From Spirochaetia bacterium (GTDB taxonomy: Bacteria > Spirochaetota > Spirochaetia > SZUA-6 > Bin103), in NCBI GenBank assembly GCA_965208575.1, contig CBDBOV010000003.1, forward strand, positions 480,001 through 544,000: a stretch of DNA of 64,000 nucleotides, written 5' to 3'. Numbering within the stretch: the first letter of the stretch is position 1; each line of letters opens with the position of its first letter. The notes under the pieces are model-generated. The model was not told where the DNA came from. It saw nothing but the letters and a program-made list of their open reading frames with translations, and did no database searches. Made by a program: the position numbers and the translations under genes. Shown here one piece after another: positions 29,235-39,727 of the stretch.

Positions 29235-30638
29235 ATGGGTGAGGCGAAACGCGACGTGTGCGTCGATTTGTGCGTGCGCGGTGCTGAACTACTGGTGACG
29301 ATGGATGGCTGCCGCCGTGAGATACCGGGGGGCTGGGTAGCGATCCGCAACGGCATGATCAGCGCGGTGGGGCGGCCGGGGCGGGAGCCGGCGGCGGAGC
29401 GGGTGATCGACGCCGCGGGCTGCCTGGTGACGCCGGGCCTGGTCAACACCCATCACCACCTGTTCCAGAACCTGACGCGCGCGTTCGCGCCGGCGCTGAG
29501 CGGCAACCTGTTCGACTGGCTGCGCGCCCTGTACCCGGTGTGGAGCAGGCTCGACGAGGAGGCAGCGTACGTATCCGCCTGGATCGGCCTGTGCGAGTTG
29601 GCGCTCGGCGGCTGCACCACCACCACAGATCACCTGTACCTCCATCCGCGCGGCGCCGGCGACCTGATCGGCGCCGAGATCGCAGCCGCGCGCGAACTCG
29701 GATTCCGGTTCCACCCCACGCGCGGGTCGATGAGCTTGTCGGTGAAGGACGGCGGCCTGCCGCCCGACGAGATGGTGCAGGATGAGGACGAAATTCTGGC
29801 CGACTCGCAGCGGCTGGTCGCTGCGCACCACGATCCCGCCCCGGGGGCGATGGTGCGCGTTGCGCTGGCGCCGTGCTCGCCGTTCTCGGTCACCCCGGAG
29901 CTGATGCGGCGCACCGCGGAGCTGGCGGAGCGCCTGGACGTGCGCCTGCACACCCACCTGGCGGAGGATCGGGACGAGAACGGCTACTGCGAGGCGGCGT
30001 TCGGTTGCCGGCCCGTCGAGCACTTCGAACGGGTTGGCTGGGGCTCCGGCCGCGCCTGGGTCGCGCATTGCGTGCATCCCAACCCGGCGGAAATCGCACG
30101 GCTGGGGAGCTGGGGAACCGGGGTGGCGCACTGCCCGAGTTCCAACCAGATTCTCGGTGCCGGTCTGGCCCCGGTGCGCGAGCTGCGCGACGCGGGTGTG
30201 CCGGTCGGGATCGGCTGCGACGGCTCGGCGTCGGCGGACAGCGCGTCTCTGTGGCTGGAGACCCGCGCCGCCCTGTTGCTGGCGCGGCTGCGCGGCGGGG
30301 CGCGGGCGATGAGTGCGCGCGAGGCGCTGGAGATGGCGACGCTGGGCGGCGCCGCCTGCCTGGGCCGCGACGACATCGGCGCGCTGGAACCGGGCCGAGC
30401 GGGCGATGTGGTCGTCTGGCCGTGCGGCGATGCGGGAGGTGTGACGTTCGCCGGTGCGCTGTCCGATCCGGTCGAGGCACTGCTGCGCTGCGGTCCCGTC
30501 GTTCCCCGGCACACGATAGTGGCGGGGCGCTCGCTGGTCGAAGATGGCCGCCTGAAGGCCACCGGCGTCGACGACATGCTGCTTCGTCATCGAGGAATCG
30601 CCGCCGAGTGGCTCGCGGCCGCCGATTGCTCACCGTGA
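29235..30638 (+). CDS. Amidohydrolase, 8-oxoguanine deaminase-like
   Basis: NTHHHLFQ, APCSPFSV, HTHLAE, HCPSSN, GCDGSAS. Confidence 0.88.
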   Translation: MGEAKRDVCVDLCVRGAELLVTMDGCRREIPGGWVAIRNGMISAVGRPGREPAAERVIDAAGCLVTPGLVNTHHHLFQNLTRAFAPALSGNLFDWLRALYPVWSRLDEEAAYVSAWIGLCELALGGCTTTTDHLYLHPRGAGDLIGAEIAAARELGFRFHPTRGSMSLSVKDGGLPPDEMVQDEDEILADSQRLVAAHHDPAPGAMVRVALAPCSPFSVTPELMRRTAELAERLDVRLHTHLAEDRDENGYCEAAFGCRPVEHFERVGWGSGRAWVAHCVHPNPAEIARLGSWGTGVAHCPSSNQILGAGLAPVRELRDAGVPVGIGCDGSASADSASLWLETRAALLLARLRGGARAMSAREALEMATLGGAACLGRDDIGALEPGRAGDVVVWPCGDAGGVTFAGALSDPVEALLRCGPVVPRHTIVAGRSLVEDGRLKATGVDDMLLRHRGIAAEWLAAADCSP

Positions 30639-31312
30639 ACGGAGAGGTGCTTCGCAGTGCGCTGGAACTACCTTGTGGTGCGAGCCTGAAGAATCGACTC
30701 GCGAAGTCCGCCATGTCGGATTCACTCGGAAACGGTGAAGGCGATCCTACCGAGGCGCAGATTCGACTCTACGAGAGATGGGCGGAAGGCGGAGCCGCGG
30801 TGTCGATAATTGGCGAAGTTCAAGGTGATCCCCGCTATCCGGAAAGACCTGGGAATCTGGTGCTCGGCGCGCATACCGATCAGCAGGCAATCGAGTCGTT
30901 GGTCAGCCGCGCCACGATCGAGTTTGCCAAACGCGCAAGGGGGGTAACCGATGTGCCGCTCATGTTGACGGGGGGATTCCGAAGGCGCACGCAGGCGGTG
31001 GATGCCGTGGCCAGTGGAACTGTCGACATGGTGAGTCTGGCACGCGCCATGATTCTGAATCCGCGGCTCGCCGAGGTCTGGTTGAGCGGCGACTACCGGG
31101 ATCCCGAGTTTCCGACATTCGAGTCGCCGCCCCCCAACGGGGTCACGGCGTGGTATTCCATGCGATTGACCGCACTGGGAGAGGATCGTGAGCACACGTT
31201 TGCGCTCGATCCTCAGTCTGCCTTGCGTGTCTATGAGGAACGTGACGCGCAACGCTGCCTGAGATGGCGACGGAAGTTTCCCGTTCCGCCGTCACACGCG
31301 ACGCACACTTGA
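30635..31312 (+). pseudogene. NADH:flavin oxidoreductase (OYE family) with large in-frame internal deletion
   Basis: N-term LKNRLAKSAMS and C-term PLMLTGGFR..LARAMILNP joined in only ~225 aa. Confidence 0.75.
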
Positions 31313-31351
31313 TCCGCGCCTGCCGACCGGGCCTATAGTGCGCGCCACGAC

Positions 31352-31588
31352 ATGGACGTGATCGAGTATACCATCCACGGCATTCCCGCGGCTCTCGACG
31401 CGGCGTTGCGGCGGCGGGCGCGGGAGCGCGGAGCGAGCCTCAATCAAACGGTGATCGCCGCCCTGGCCGCTGCACTGGGAGTGGCAGAGGTGGGCGTCGA
31501 ACCGCGTTCGCGCAGTCCGGCTCACGCCGACGCAGAGCTTCCGCCCGGCATCGAGCAGGATGCTCTTGACGAAGGGGTCTGGCTGTAA
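31352..31588 (+). CDS. Small RHH/FitA-like antitoxin-type protein (no cognate toxin adjacent)
   Basis: YTIHGIPAALDAALRRRARERGASLNQ. Confidence 0.6.
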   Translation: MDVIEYTIHGIPAALDAALRRRARERGASLNQTVIAALAAALGVAEVGVEPRSRSPAHADAELPPGIEQDALDEGVWL

Positions 31589-31643
31589 CCCGCGCTCACC
31601 CGACCAGGTCGAATGAGGTGACTCCGGTAAACGGAGGTGCTGA

Positions 31644-31889
31644 CTATCCGGACTTGCTGTCGAGGTAGGCTACCACCTTCTTCAGCGTGTTGAGTTCGGC
31701 GCACTGGTCGGGCGAGAACTCCACACCGTATTCCTGGGCGATCAGCTTGGTCAGCGCGACGACGTCCGTTGACGGCACGCCAGCCTCGGTGAGGCTGATG
31801 TCGAGGTCGTCGGGGAGATCGATGGGCTTGCCATCCACTTCGATATTTTCGTTGACCAACGTCCTGATCCGTTCCGCGGTTGATGCCAT
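31644..31889 (-). CDS. Acyl carrier protein-like
   Basis: Acidic 81 aa; LTEAGVPSTDVV, EYGVEF, LNTLKKVVAYL; RBS AAGGAG. Confidence 0.7.
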   Translation of the reverse strand: MASTAERIRTLVNENIEVDGKPIDLPDDLDISLTEAGVPSTDVVALTKLIAQEYGVEFSPDQCAELNTLKKVVAYLDSKSG

Positions 31890-32214
31890 AGTCGTGACTC
31901 CTTATCGGTTTTTTATATCCTTGATAGGACCAGTACACTATGTCCTGTGGCCCCGAACCGCGTCAAGAGGTCCCGTGTCGGCGGAACCCGGTAATGGAAC
32001 AATTCAACGGCTTCTGAGCCAGGATGCGAGCGGGCGCCGTCCACCCCGAGCCCGCCAACTAGTCACCCCCTCGCATGCTTCGGCGACGCGCGTCACCGCG
32101 GATCTGCCGTGCGGCGCCTGCGAGGACGCGCCCCCTGTGCTACGACGTCCCCCGGCGCGGTGGTAGTGCCCGTCCTGCAGGATGGTCTACCGCCGCGGAG
32201 CGCTGGCCGCCCTG

Positions 32215-32366
32215 GCGCGCGAGAATACCGCCTCGGCTGGCGGCTCAACTCGGCGGTGCCGGACGACCCGGGCTTCAAGGTCAGCCTTGATGCGACGCGG
32301 CGCGAGGCCGCCAACGACAACGCCCCCAAGCACGGGGTGATGCTCAGAAGCCGCATCAGGTGGTGA
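32215..32366 (+). pseudogene. C-terminal fragment of autotransporter-like beta-barrel protein
   Basis: REYRLGWRL..SLDATRREAANDNAPKHGVMLRSRIRW; terminal aromatic beta-signal. Confidence 0.5.
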
Positions 32367-32564
32367 GGCGCGCCCCGCCCGTGCTGCCGACCAGGCACGG
32401 CCCGCGGCTAATAGCTGGAGTGGGCGACCATGCGGGCGGTTTCCAGCCGCCGGCAGCAGCGCTTCTGGGGTGAAGGCGCCGCGCGCGGTCAACTCGCTTG
32501 CGAGGCCGACCGCCCGGAGTGCCGGGTATTGAGGTGCGCTTGCGGAGCGGGAGGAGGCGCCGTG

Positions 32565-32645
32565 AGCGACAGCAGCTCCTCGTGGGTCAGCCGGTCGCCC
32601 TCCTCCTCGGCTGCCAGCAGCGCGCTGACCAGATCGTCCTCCAGC
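32565..32645 (-). pseudogene. Cytochrome P450 fragment
   Basis: DDLVSALLAAEEEGDRLTHEELLS matches the P450 H/I-helix region. Confidence 0.55.
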
Positions 32646-33843
32646 CCGTCGCCGTCGCCGAAGTCCACCGCCACCGCCACCACGTTCTCCCCCCGCGACG
32701 GCAGCACCGCCTGCTCGCCCGGCCCCTCCGCCGGCGCCGTACCCGCCACCCGCCGCCACACCGCCGCCCGCCGACGCGCACCGGCCCGCGATCATCAACC
32801 GCCACCCGCTCACTTGTCACGAGACACCACCGCTCCCGCAACCGTAGCCGGGCTGACCGCCGGTATCGCGCAAACCGGACGCATACCGCGGCTGCAGCCC
32901 GCCACAGTCAGCAGCACTCCTTCCCAACCGATGGTCGCCCAAAACGTTCCAACCGCACGCCAGAAACACTCGGCTTCATACCATGTGCCGAAACCGCCTG
33001 ACGATGCTTCGGGAGGGGCCGCCGTGTTCGGCTAACTGGCGTACCGCGCTCGTGATATGCGACATCGGTTTCGTAGGTCGCGTAGTAGTAAGCATTGTCA
33101 GCGCCCCGCCCTCATACGATTCGCTGACAGCCTGGCTTCGGTCGTCATCGAGTAGCCAAGTTGCGCGTCAGCGTTTGGGCATTGCGAGCGGCTCTCCGCA
33201 TCCAAGGCGTCACCCGACCCAACGCCTGATACCACGCGCTCCGTGCGCCCGTGCGCTGCCGAAGACGACAGCGCCTACCAACTCGCGCGTGGGGCTTGAC
33301 GCCGCCGGCGTGCACCGGGCCTCGCCACGACCATACTCGCTTGCAGACGAACTGAGCAAGCGTGACCTGTTCGTGGCGCGCCCTGCGCTTCATTGGGATC
33401 TGCAACCGACCTTTCAAGAATCCTGAACCAGTCGGCGGCCGGACGGGTGATCCGGCATTCGAAGTGCCGGTGCGGACGATGGCAATCGGCGTTCGCAGAC
33501 CGCCCCTCGCTGGCATCATCGGAGAATGCTCCTCTCCACGATGCCGACGCCACAGCCTTGGTAAGCCGTTTCGTCGTCGTCCGGTCCCGGCCAAGGCTCC
33601 GAAGCCCCTCTCTGGAAACCGCTCCCCCTCTATGAAGACACCACACGTCCGCTCAGCACCGCCGGGCCTCACGCACTGCCACGCCATGCACCTGCGCGGC
33701 CCGAGACTCCACGCCTCGCCATGCTGGGCTGTCGGCGACGGCGACGCGCTAGGGCGGCCACCGCCCGAATCCTGTTCATACAGTGCGCCCACGACAAGCG
33801 AGTTTGACCGTTTCCTGTTCGAGTTACGATACTTTTTCCACGT

Positions 33844-34062
33844 TGTCAGGAATGCGACAGAGTTTTTTACGATCCCCGCTATCTGGAACTAGACCACAAC
33901 ACGCCGAGATCGGATGGAGGGTTGAACCACATTTCAAACAGGATTCTTCTGTGCAGCCCATGTAATCGGCTGAAGAGCAACCAGTACACCCTCTCCGGGC
34001 TGAGGAGGGTAAACAAGCGGGAAGGTTACATGAGGACTCCGAAGAAAGGGGAATTTCGTTGA
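33844..34062 (+). pseudogene. HNH endonuclease domain remnant (not in ORF track)
   Basis: Manual translation CQECDRVFYDPRYLELDHNTPRSDGGLNHISNRILLCSPCNRLKS..; no start after upstream stop. Confidence 0.75.
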
Positions 34063-34079
34063 ATCTGAGGCCGGGTGAA

Positions 34080-35992
34080 GAGCCAATTGCGCTGTCGGTA
34101 AGTTCCAAACGGGCAGTGAGTTGGAAGTGGGCGACTTTTTCTTTACCCCGTGACCGAGGCAATTGCGCTTGCTGCAAGCCCGATGCAGGCGATCAGAAAC
34201 CAAGGGGAGGTATTTCTTACCCCACGACCTGCTGATCCCCTGTACGCGCGTCGGGAGCGCCGGTCAAGGCCCCGATGATACATCGCAACTATTTATCTCT
34301 AAAAATAATTCACGGTTCTCCTGTAACTCGCCATAGTGGCCAGTGAATCGCCATTCACAAAAGGAGAACCGCCGATGGCCACTATACCACATCCGTTTCT
34401 GTTCCGCTGGGACAGCGTCGACCAGCTGGGTGATCTCGAACGTCTGAAGCTGGTGCTCGACGCCCTCCCCGACGAGCCGCTGATGCAACTGCTGGAAGCC
34501 GGTCGCGGGCGCGGTCGCAACGATTATCCGGTGCGCCCGATGTGGAACTCGCTGATCGCCGGCTTCGTGTTCCAGCATCCCAGCATCGCCGCCTTGCGGC
34601 GCGAGTTGCTGCGCAACGGTCAGTTGCGAGACCTGTGCGGGTTCGACCCGTTCGACGGCGCACGGGCGGTGCCGAGCGAATACGCCTATACGCGCTTCCA
34701 GCGCCGGCTGCGCAAGTATCCGGGGCAGATCGATGAGCTGTTCCACAGCACCCTCGACGAACTCCGGATCGAGCTGCCGGACCTGGGCCGGGTACGTACA
34801 GGCGCTGGATGGCAAGGAGTTGCACTCCCTGGCCAACGGTCCGAGCAGCTATCCGCTGCCGAAGGACAACCAGGAAGACACCGACGGGCGCCGCGACCGC
34901 GATGCCGATTGGGGCGTCAAGGGTTCCGGCGAGAAGAAGGGCGAGAAGAAAGGCAAGAAGAAACACTACTGGTTCGGCTACCTGTTGCACTTGGTCGTGG
35001 ACGCCACCTACGAGGTGCCGCTGGCGTTCGAGGTCACCAAGGCGTCGACCGGTGAGCAGCCGCAGGCACAGCGACTGCTTGATCAGATGCAGGATCGTCA
35101 TCCCGAGCTGCTGCAACGGTGCGATCGCCTGAGCGCCGACAAGGGCTACGACGACCACAAGCTGATCAATCGGCTGTGGCAACAGCATCAGATCAAGCCG
35201 GTCATCGACATTCGCAACTGCTGGAAGGACGGAGAGGCGGAACAGGATGGCGTCCTCACCAAGCGGGTGAGCGGTCAGGAGAACGTGATCTACACCCACG
35301 ACGGCCAGGTATCCTGCATGTGCCCGCGCACCGGTGAGTTGCACAGCATGGCCTATGGCGGCTTCGAGCAGGATCGCGAGACACTCAAGTATCGTTGTCC
35401 GGCGCGCTACTCGGGGGTCACCTGCAAGGGCATGGATCGGTGCCCGGTGAGCGACGCGGTGCGCATCCCGCTGGCCGAGGATCGGCGCGTGTTCACGCCG
35501 GTGGCGCGGTCCAGCTACCGGTGGCAGGACTTCTACGACCAGCGCGGTGCCGTGGAGCGGGTCAACAGCCGCTTGGCCGGCGGCTTCGGGTTCGAGCGAC
35601 CGGGCATCCGCGGGCTGGCGAAGATGCAGTTGCGCGTCACCATGGCGCTGACGATCATGCTGGCGATGGCCGTGGGGCGCATCCGCGCCGGCCAACCGGA
35701 GAACCTGCGGAGTCTGGTCAAACCCGCCTGACCGGCGACCGCTCGCCGATCACCAAGAGAAACCCAATCCCACCGGCTCCTCAGCGAGACCGGTCTGTCC
35801 CGATCTGTGCATCGAGCCACGGATGAGGCTTGATTCCACCTCGCGGACCCCACTCAGCACACTCGCTATGGCCGTCACTCGGTCACTCGGCGCCGGGCGA
35901 GCGTCAGCGACGCCGTCAACGTCCCGGGCGCGTGCTCTCTCGTGTGACCGGCTGCTCAACGCCCCACAAAACCGCTACAGCGCAATTGCCTC
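34080..35992 (+). mobile_element. IS with DUF772-DDE transposase (IS1182/IS5-like)
   Basis: IRs GAGCCAATTGCGCTGT / ACAGCGCAATTGCCTC; flanking GGTGAA direct repeat (34074-79, 35993-98). Confidence 0.85.
34375..35731 (+). pseudogene. Transposase, frameshifted by GTAC duplication
   Basis: GRNDYPVR, ALDGK, SADKGYD, VERVNSR split over two frames at 34792-34799. Confidence 0.85.
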
Positions 35993-36078
35993 GGTGAAGG
36001 TTGACTCTGTACCGGGACAAGAGGTACATCTATCGTGCTGGCCTGTATGGGTTGGTGAGATTCTCGGAGGATGAAGAC

Positions 36079-36645
36079 GTGACCCAAGAAGATCGTGCGA
36101 TGCTGAAAGAGCTTATTCTACTACAAAGAGTCAGCCTTGGCTTACAGTGTGATCAGATCATTGCGGATGAGGAAGCGGACGAGTACGTCAAGGAATCGGC
36201 GCAGTTCATAAGTGATGCATTGGCTGAAGGCCACATGTGGGCTTTCGAATGGCACGGGTATCGCTTTGAGACAATTCCTGAGAAAATCGCTGAAGCGGTA
36301 GGCAACATTCTTACGATGTGGCGCGTCATTGGGAATAGCTATCAACGGCTTTCCGAAGATGACCAGAAGGATGTTGTCAATCAGACAAGAGCCCGATTCA
36401 GAGAAGACGGAGAGTTGAAATTTCCTGGTTTTGATGGAAACGAAGAAGCCTCGCACCTATTAGTTGCAATGTTCCTGGTGGAGAAGATGAATCGGTTTCA
36501 GGAACTGAACGCACGCGATCTCAATAGTCACTGGCCGATGCTTGATGAGTATTGGAAAATGCTTTCTGTTTTTCGCTCCATCAAGGAGCACTTCGGCGGT
36601 TTGAATAAGGAGAACCTAATTCGGGTTTTGAACGCTGACAATTAG
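36079..36645 (+). CDS. YfbU family protein
   Basis: FPGFDGNEE, RFQEL, NSHWPMLDEYWKML; start approximate. Confidence 0.8.
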   Translation: MTQEDRAMLKELILLQRVSLGLQCDQIIADEEADEYVKESAQFISDALAEGHMWAFEWHGYRFETIPEKIAEAVGNILTMWRVIGNSYQRLSEDDQKDVVNQTRARFREDGELKFPGFDGNEEASHLLVAMFLVEKMNRFQELNARDLNSHWPMLDEYWKMLSVFRSIKEHFGGLNKENLIRVLNADN

Positions 36646-36657
36646 AGAGGCAAAAGA

Positions 36658-37029
36658 ATGAGCGTAGTTCAATCAAGATATACCGTCGGGATGTCTGACA
36701 ACCCACGTCCAATAAGATTGGCGTGGCCTACCGAGCCAGTATTGGTGTTGCTAACGGACAACACCTTGTGGAAGTATAGTAACGACAATTGGGACGAGTT
36801 ACCAAAGCCGCCTCAGCGAGGACTTGGTCGCCCACAGCTTAAATCAGGCGGTGAAATGATGACATCGGTGGATCGATCACTAGTTTCCATTGTCTGTGCC
36901 AACCCGCCAACCTGTATGTACGCGGATGGCGCCGTATTTGAACTGGTCGATAGTAGGTGGGAGAAACGAACTTCCCTTCCTAACTCGTGGGATGAATCAT
37001 TAGTAGAGCCGAGTCGGGAAAGAGGGTAA
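36658..37029 (+). CDS. Hypothetical protein
   Basis: AT-rich ORF directly following YfbU; RBS GAGG. Confidence 0.5.
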   Translation: MSVVQSRYTVGMSDNPRPIRLAWPTEPVLVLLTDNTLWKYSNDNWDELPKPPQRGLGRPQLKSGGEMMTSVDRSLVSIVCANPPTCMYADGAVFELVDSRWEKRTSLPNSWDESLVEPSRERG

Positions 37030-37094
37030 AAAAAAGGAATTATATACGATAGTGCCTTGACGGGTTGGCGGACCTGTGGCACTATTCTGTAGCC

Positions 37095-38209
37095 ATGGAA
37101 ACCAGCACCGCCACCACCGGCCCGGGCAAGGCGTTCCGCCAGGGTGTGCCCCTGCCCGAGCTGTTCCGCACCTTCCCTGACGACGCCACCGCCGAGGCTT
37201 GGTTCGCCGCACAGCGGTGGGGCGGGACGCCAGCCTGTCCGTACTGCGGCACCGAGGACGTGCTGATGGGAGCGGCCCACAAGACCATGCCGTACCGCTG
37301 CCGCAACCACGGCTGCCGCAAGCGGTGCTCGGTCAAGACCGGCACTGTCATGCAGTCCAGCAACCTGGGATACCAGACCTGGGCGGTCGCCATCTACCTG
37401 ATCCTCACCTCCGTCAAAGGCGTGTCCTCGATGAAGCTGCACCGCGACCTGGGCATCACTCAGAAGTCCGCCTGGCACCTTGCCCACCGGATCAGGCAGG
37501 CGTGGGGCGGGGACGACGAGATGTTCGACGGCCCGGCCGAGGTCGACGAGGCGTACTTCGGCGGCAAGGAGATGAACAAGCACGCCGACAAGAAGCTCAA
37601 CGCCGGCCGCGGCACGGTCGGCAAGACCGTGGTGGCGGGGGTGAAGGACCGGGAGACCAACCGGATCAGCGCCGCCGTGGTGGACACCACCACGAAGCGA
37701 GAGCTGCACAGCTTTGTCGCCCACCGGGTAGAGCTCGGCGCCGACCTGTACACGGACGAGCTGGCTTCCTACCAGGGCCTCCCCACCACCGCGCCGTGAA
37801 ACATGGGTCGGTCAGTACGTGGACGGCCAAGCGCATTGTCAACGGGATGGAGAGCTTCTGGGCGCTGATGAAGCGCGGGTACTACGGCATCTACCACCGG
37901 ATGAGCCCGAAGCACCTGGACCGCTACGTGGACGAGTTCAGCGGCCGCCACAACATCCGCTGCCAGGACACGATCGACCAGATGGAGTTCGTCGCCCGCG
38001 GCCTGCTCGGCAAGTTTCTCCGCTACCGGGATCTCATCAAGCCGAACGGGCGGGCCGTCCGGCGCTCGGGCGCTTGTTCCGTCGAGACGCGCCGTGCGAT
38101 AGTAGCCCCCAGACGCGGCGAGAGCCCGCGAGTTAGCCGCTCGCGAGTTCTCAATCATGCCGCTGACGGGAGCAGCGACAAAGATGACTGCCGCGAACAT
38201 TGCAACTGA
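37095..38209 (+). pseudogene. IS1595 transposase (frameshifted near 37785-37840)
   Basis: CPYCG Zn ribbon, KGVSSMKLHRDL, EVDEAYFGG, YTDE, NGMESFW, HLDRYVDEF. Confidence 0.88.
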
Positions 38210-38367
38210 TGGCCGCGCTCCTGTCAACAGGAGCCGTCCATGCAACGCTCCCGCCCTCGGCCTCTCAGCCGAGAGGATGCCGAACTACGGCGCCGTCTCG
38301 TCCGTGTTCAGGTATTCCCGAACGTGTCCCGTCTGGTACTAGTGCCTGACGACGTACCCGGCGGACC

Positions 38368-38714
38368 CTATCCTCCCCTCGTAAAGCACACCTCCTCGTT
38401 CTCTTGCGCCCAGCACAGCCGCGTCAGACTGCTGGGCTGAATCTCCACCACCACGGGTGGGTCAAGATCAGTGGTTGTGCCAGACGCCACGACACGCGTG
38501 AGCGTCATCGTGAGGGTGGGTTCGTTCCATACCCAGGTCCCGTGAGTCACGTGGCGCCGTCCTTTGTCGTCCATCAGCATTGATCCATCGTCGTGGTACC
38601 GCAGGACGATTCCTCCGGCGGGTCAGATACCCATCGCCCGACGATCGGGTGAACCAGATCCTCGTCGCACGCCGTAAGCAGTAGTACCACGGCCCCAATC
38701 AGCAGCACCTTCAT
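38368..38714 (-). pseudogene. Small lipoprotein passenger (apparently frameshifted)
   Basis: MKVLLIGAVVLLLTAC lipobox, PIVGRW, continues in a second frame. Confidence 0.5.
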
Positions 38715-39056
38715 GCCGCACCTCCACCGCGGGCGAGGTGCAGAAGCCGTGCTGTAGATGTCGTCAGGCCCGCTTGATGTCGCCACGGCTCAAGGAGCCG
38801 GGCCGTTTGCAAGCGACCTGTGGCACACGGTGTGTGTAGCTGAGGAACGTCCCGAGCTGTTCACCCCGGGCCAGGGGAGCTACCCCTTGCCCACACGAGG
38901 CTGTTGTATTCGCCCGGTGACCCGGCGTGACGCCGGTGCCACAGGGTCGCTTGCTATGCACAGTATCGCGCAGGAATCACGGGGAGCGCAACTAACTGTC
39001 ATTTTGGCATTGACAGTTTTCGTCTCCCGGGGGTACACCTACGGAGGAGGCTCCAA

Positions 39057-39302
39057 ATGACCGATCGGGAACGGGATGATCTACTGCTCGAACTACGGGA
39101 CGGGTTCGGCCGCCTTGAGTCCCGGATGGACGCCATCGAGCATAGGATGGGTGCAATGGAGCACCGGATGGATGCCGTGGAACGCCGGGTCGGAGCAAGC
39201 GAGCATCGGCTGCTGGACGCCATCAACGTGGTGGACAACCGCGTGAGCGATCTGCGTCGTGATCTATCGGATCACGGGATGCTGCCCGCTGCGGCAGGCT
39301 GA
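39057..39302 (+). CDS. Coiled-coil hypothetical passenger protein
   Basis: Heptad repeats RMDAIEH/RMGAMEH; TTGACA promoter and GGAGG RBS. Confidence 0.7.
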   Translation: MTDRERDDLLLELRDGFGRLESRMDAIEHRMGAMEHRMDAVERRVGASEHRLLDAINVVDNRVSDLRRDLSDHGMLPAAAG

Positions 39303-39313
39303 GGGAGAGACCC

Positions 39314-39505
39314 ATGGGAAGAACGAAGGGGAGGCGCCGGACCATCGTGGTGTCGGCCAAGGACTACCAGCCGACGAAGGCGGAGCTGGAGGAGCCGATC
39401 CGGGTGGATGTGGGCGACATGACCGTCGAGGAGGCGATGCGGCGGTTGCTCCGGCCTGTCAAGGTGCGGGAGGTCAGCTCTGCGAAGCGCCGAGAGCAGA
39501 GGTAG
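39314..39505 (+). CDS. Small hypothetical passenger protein
   Basis: RBS GGAG; YQPTKAELEE. Confidence 0.6.
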   Translation: MGRTKGRRRTIVVSAKDYQPTKAELEEPIRVDVGDMTVEEAMRRLLRPVKVREVSSAKRREQR

Positions 39506-39508
39506 CGG

Positions 39509-39727
39509 ATGAGGATGGACAAGGGAGAACCCTACGCCAAGGAGATCCACACCATTGACGGTTACACCGACCGTCTCATGGATCGATCCGAGAATCTCAG
39601 GAGTGAGTTGAGCGAGGCAGAGAGAAATGGCAGCGACCGAGACATAGCGATCGCGCACGCTCAACTCCAAATGCTTACGGTAGACTATCTTAGCTTGGTG
39701 GTGGGAATCCTAACCGAAAGAAACTGA
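39509..39727 (+). CDS. Small hypothetical passenger protein
   Basis: Operonic spacing; ends just inside right IR. Confidence 0.5.
   Translation: MRMDKGEPYAKEIHTIDGYTDRLMDRSENLRSELSEAERNGSDRDIAIAHAQLQMLTVDYLSLVVGILTERN

Noticed and set aside
32980-33800. Several overlapping ORFs of 80-215 aa
   Set aside because: No recognisable motifs or coherent translation signals; probably degenerate DNA
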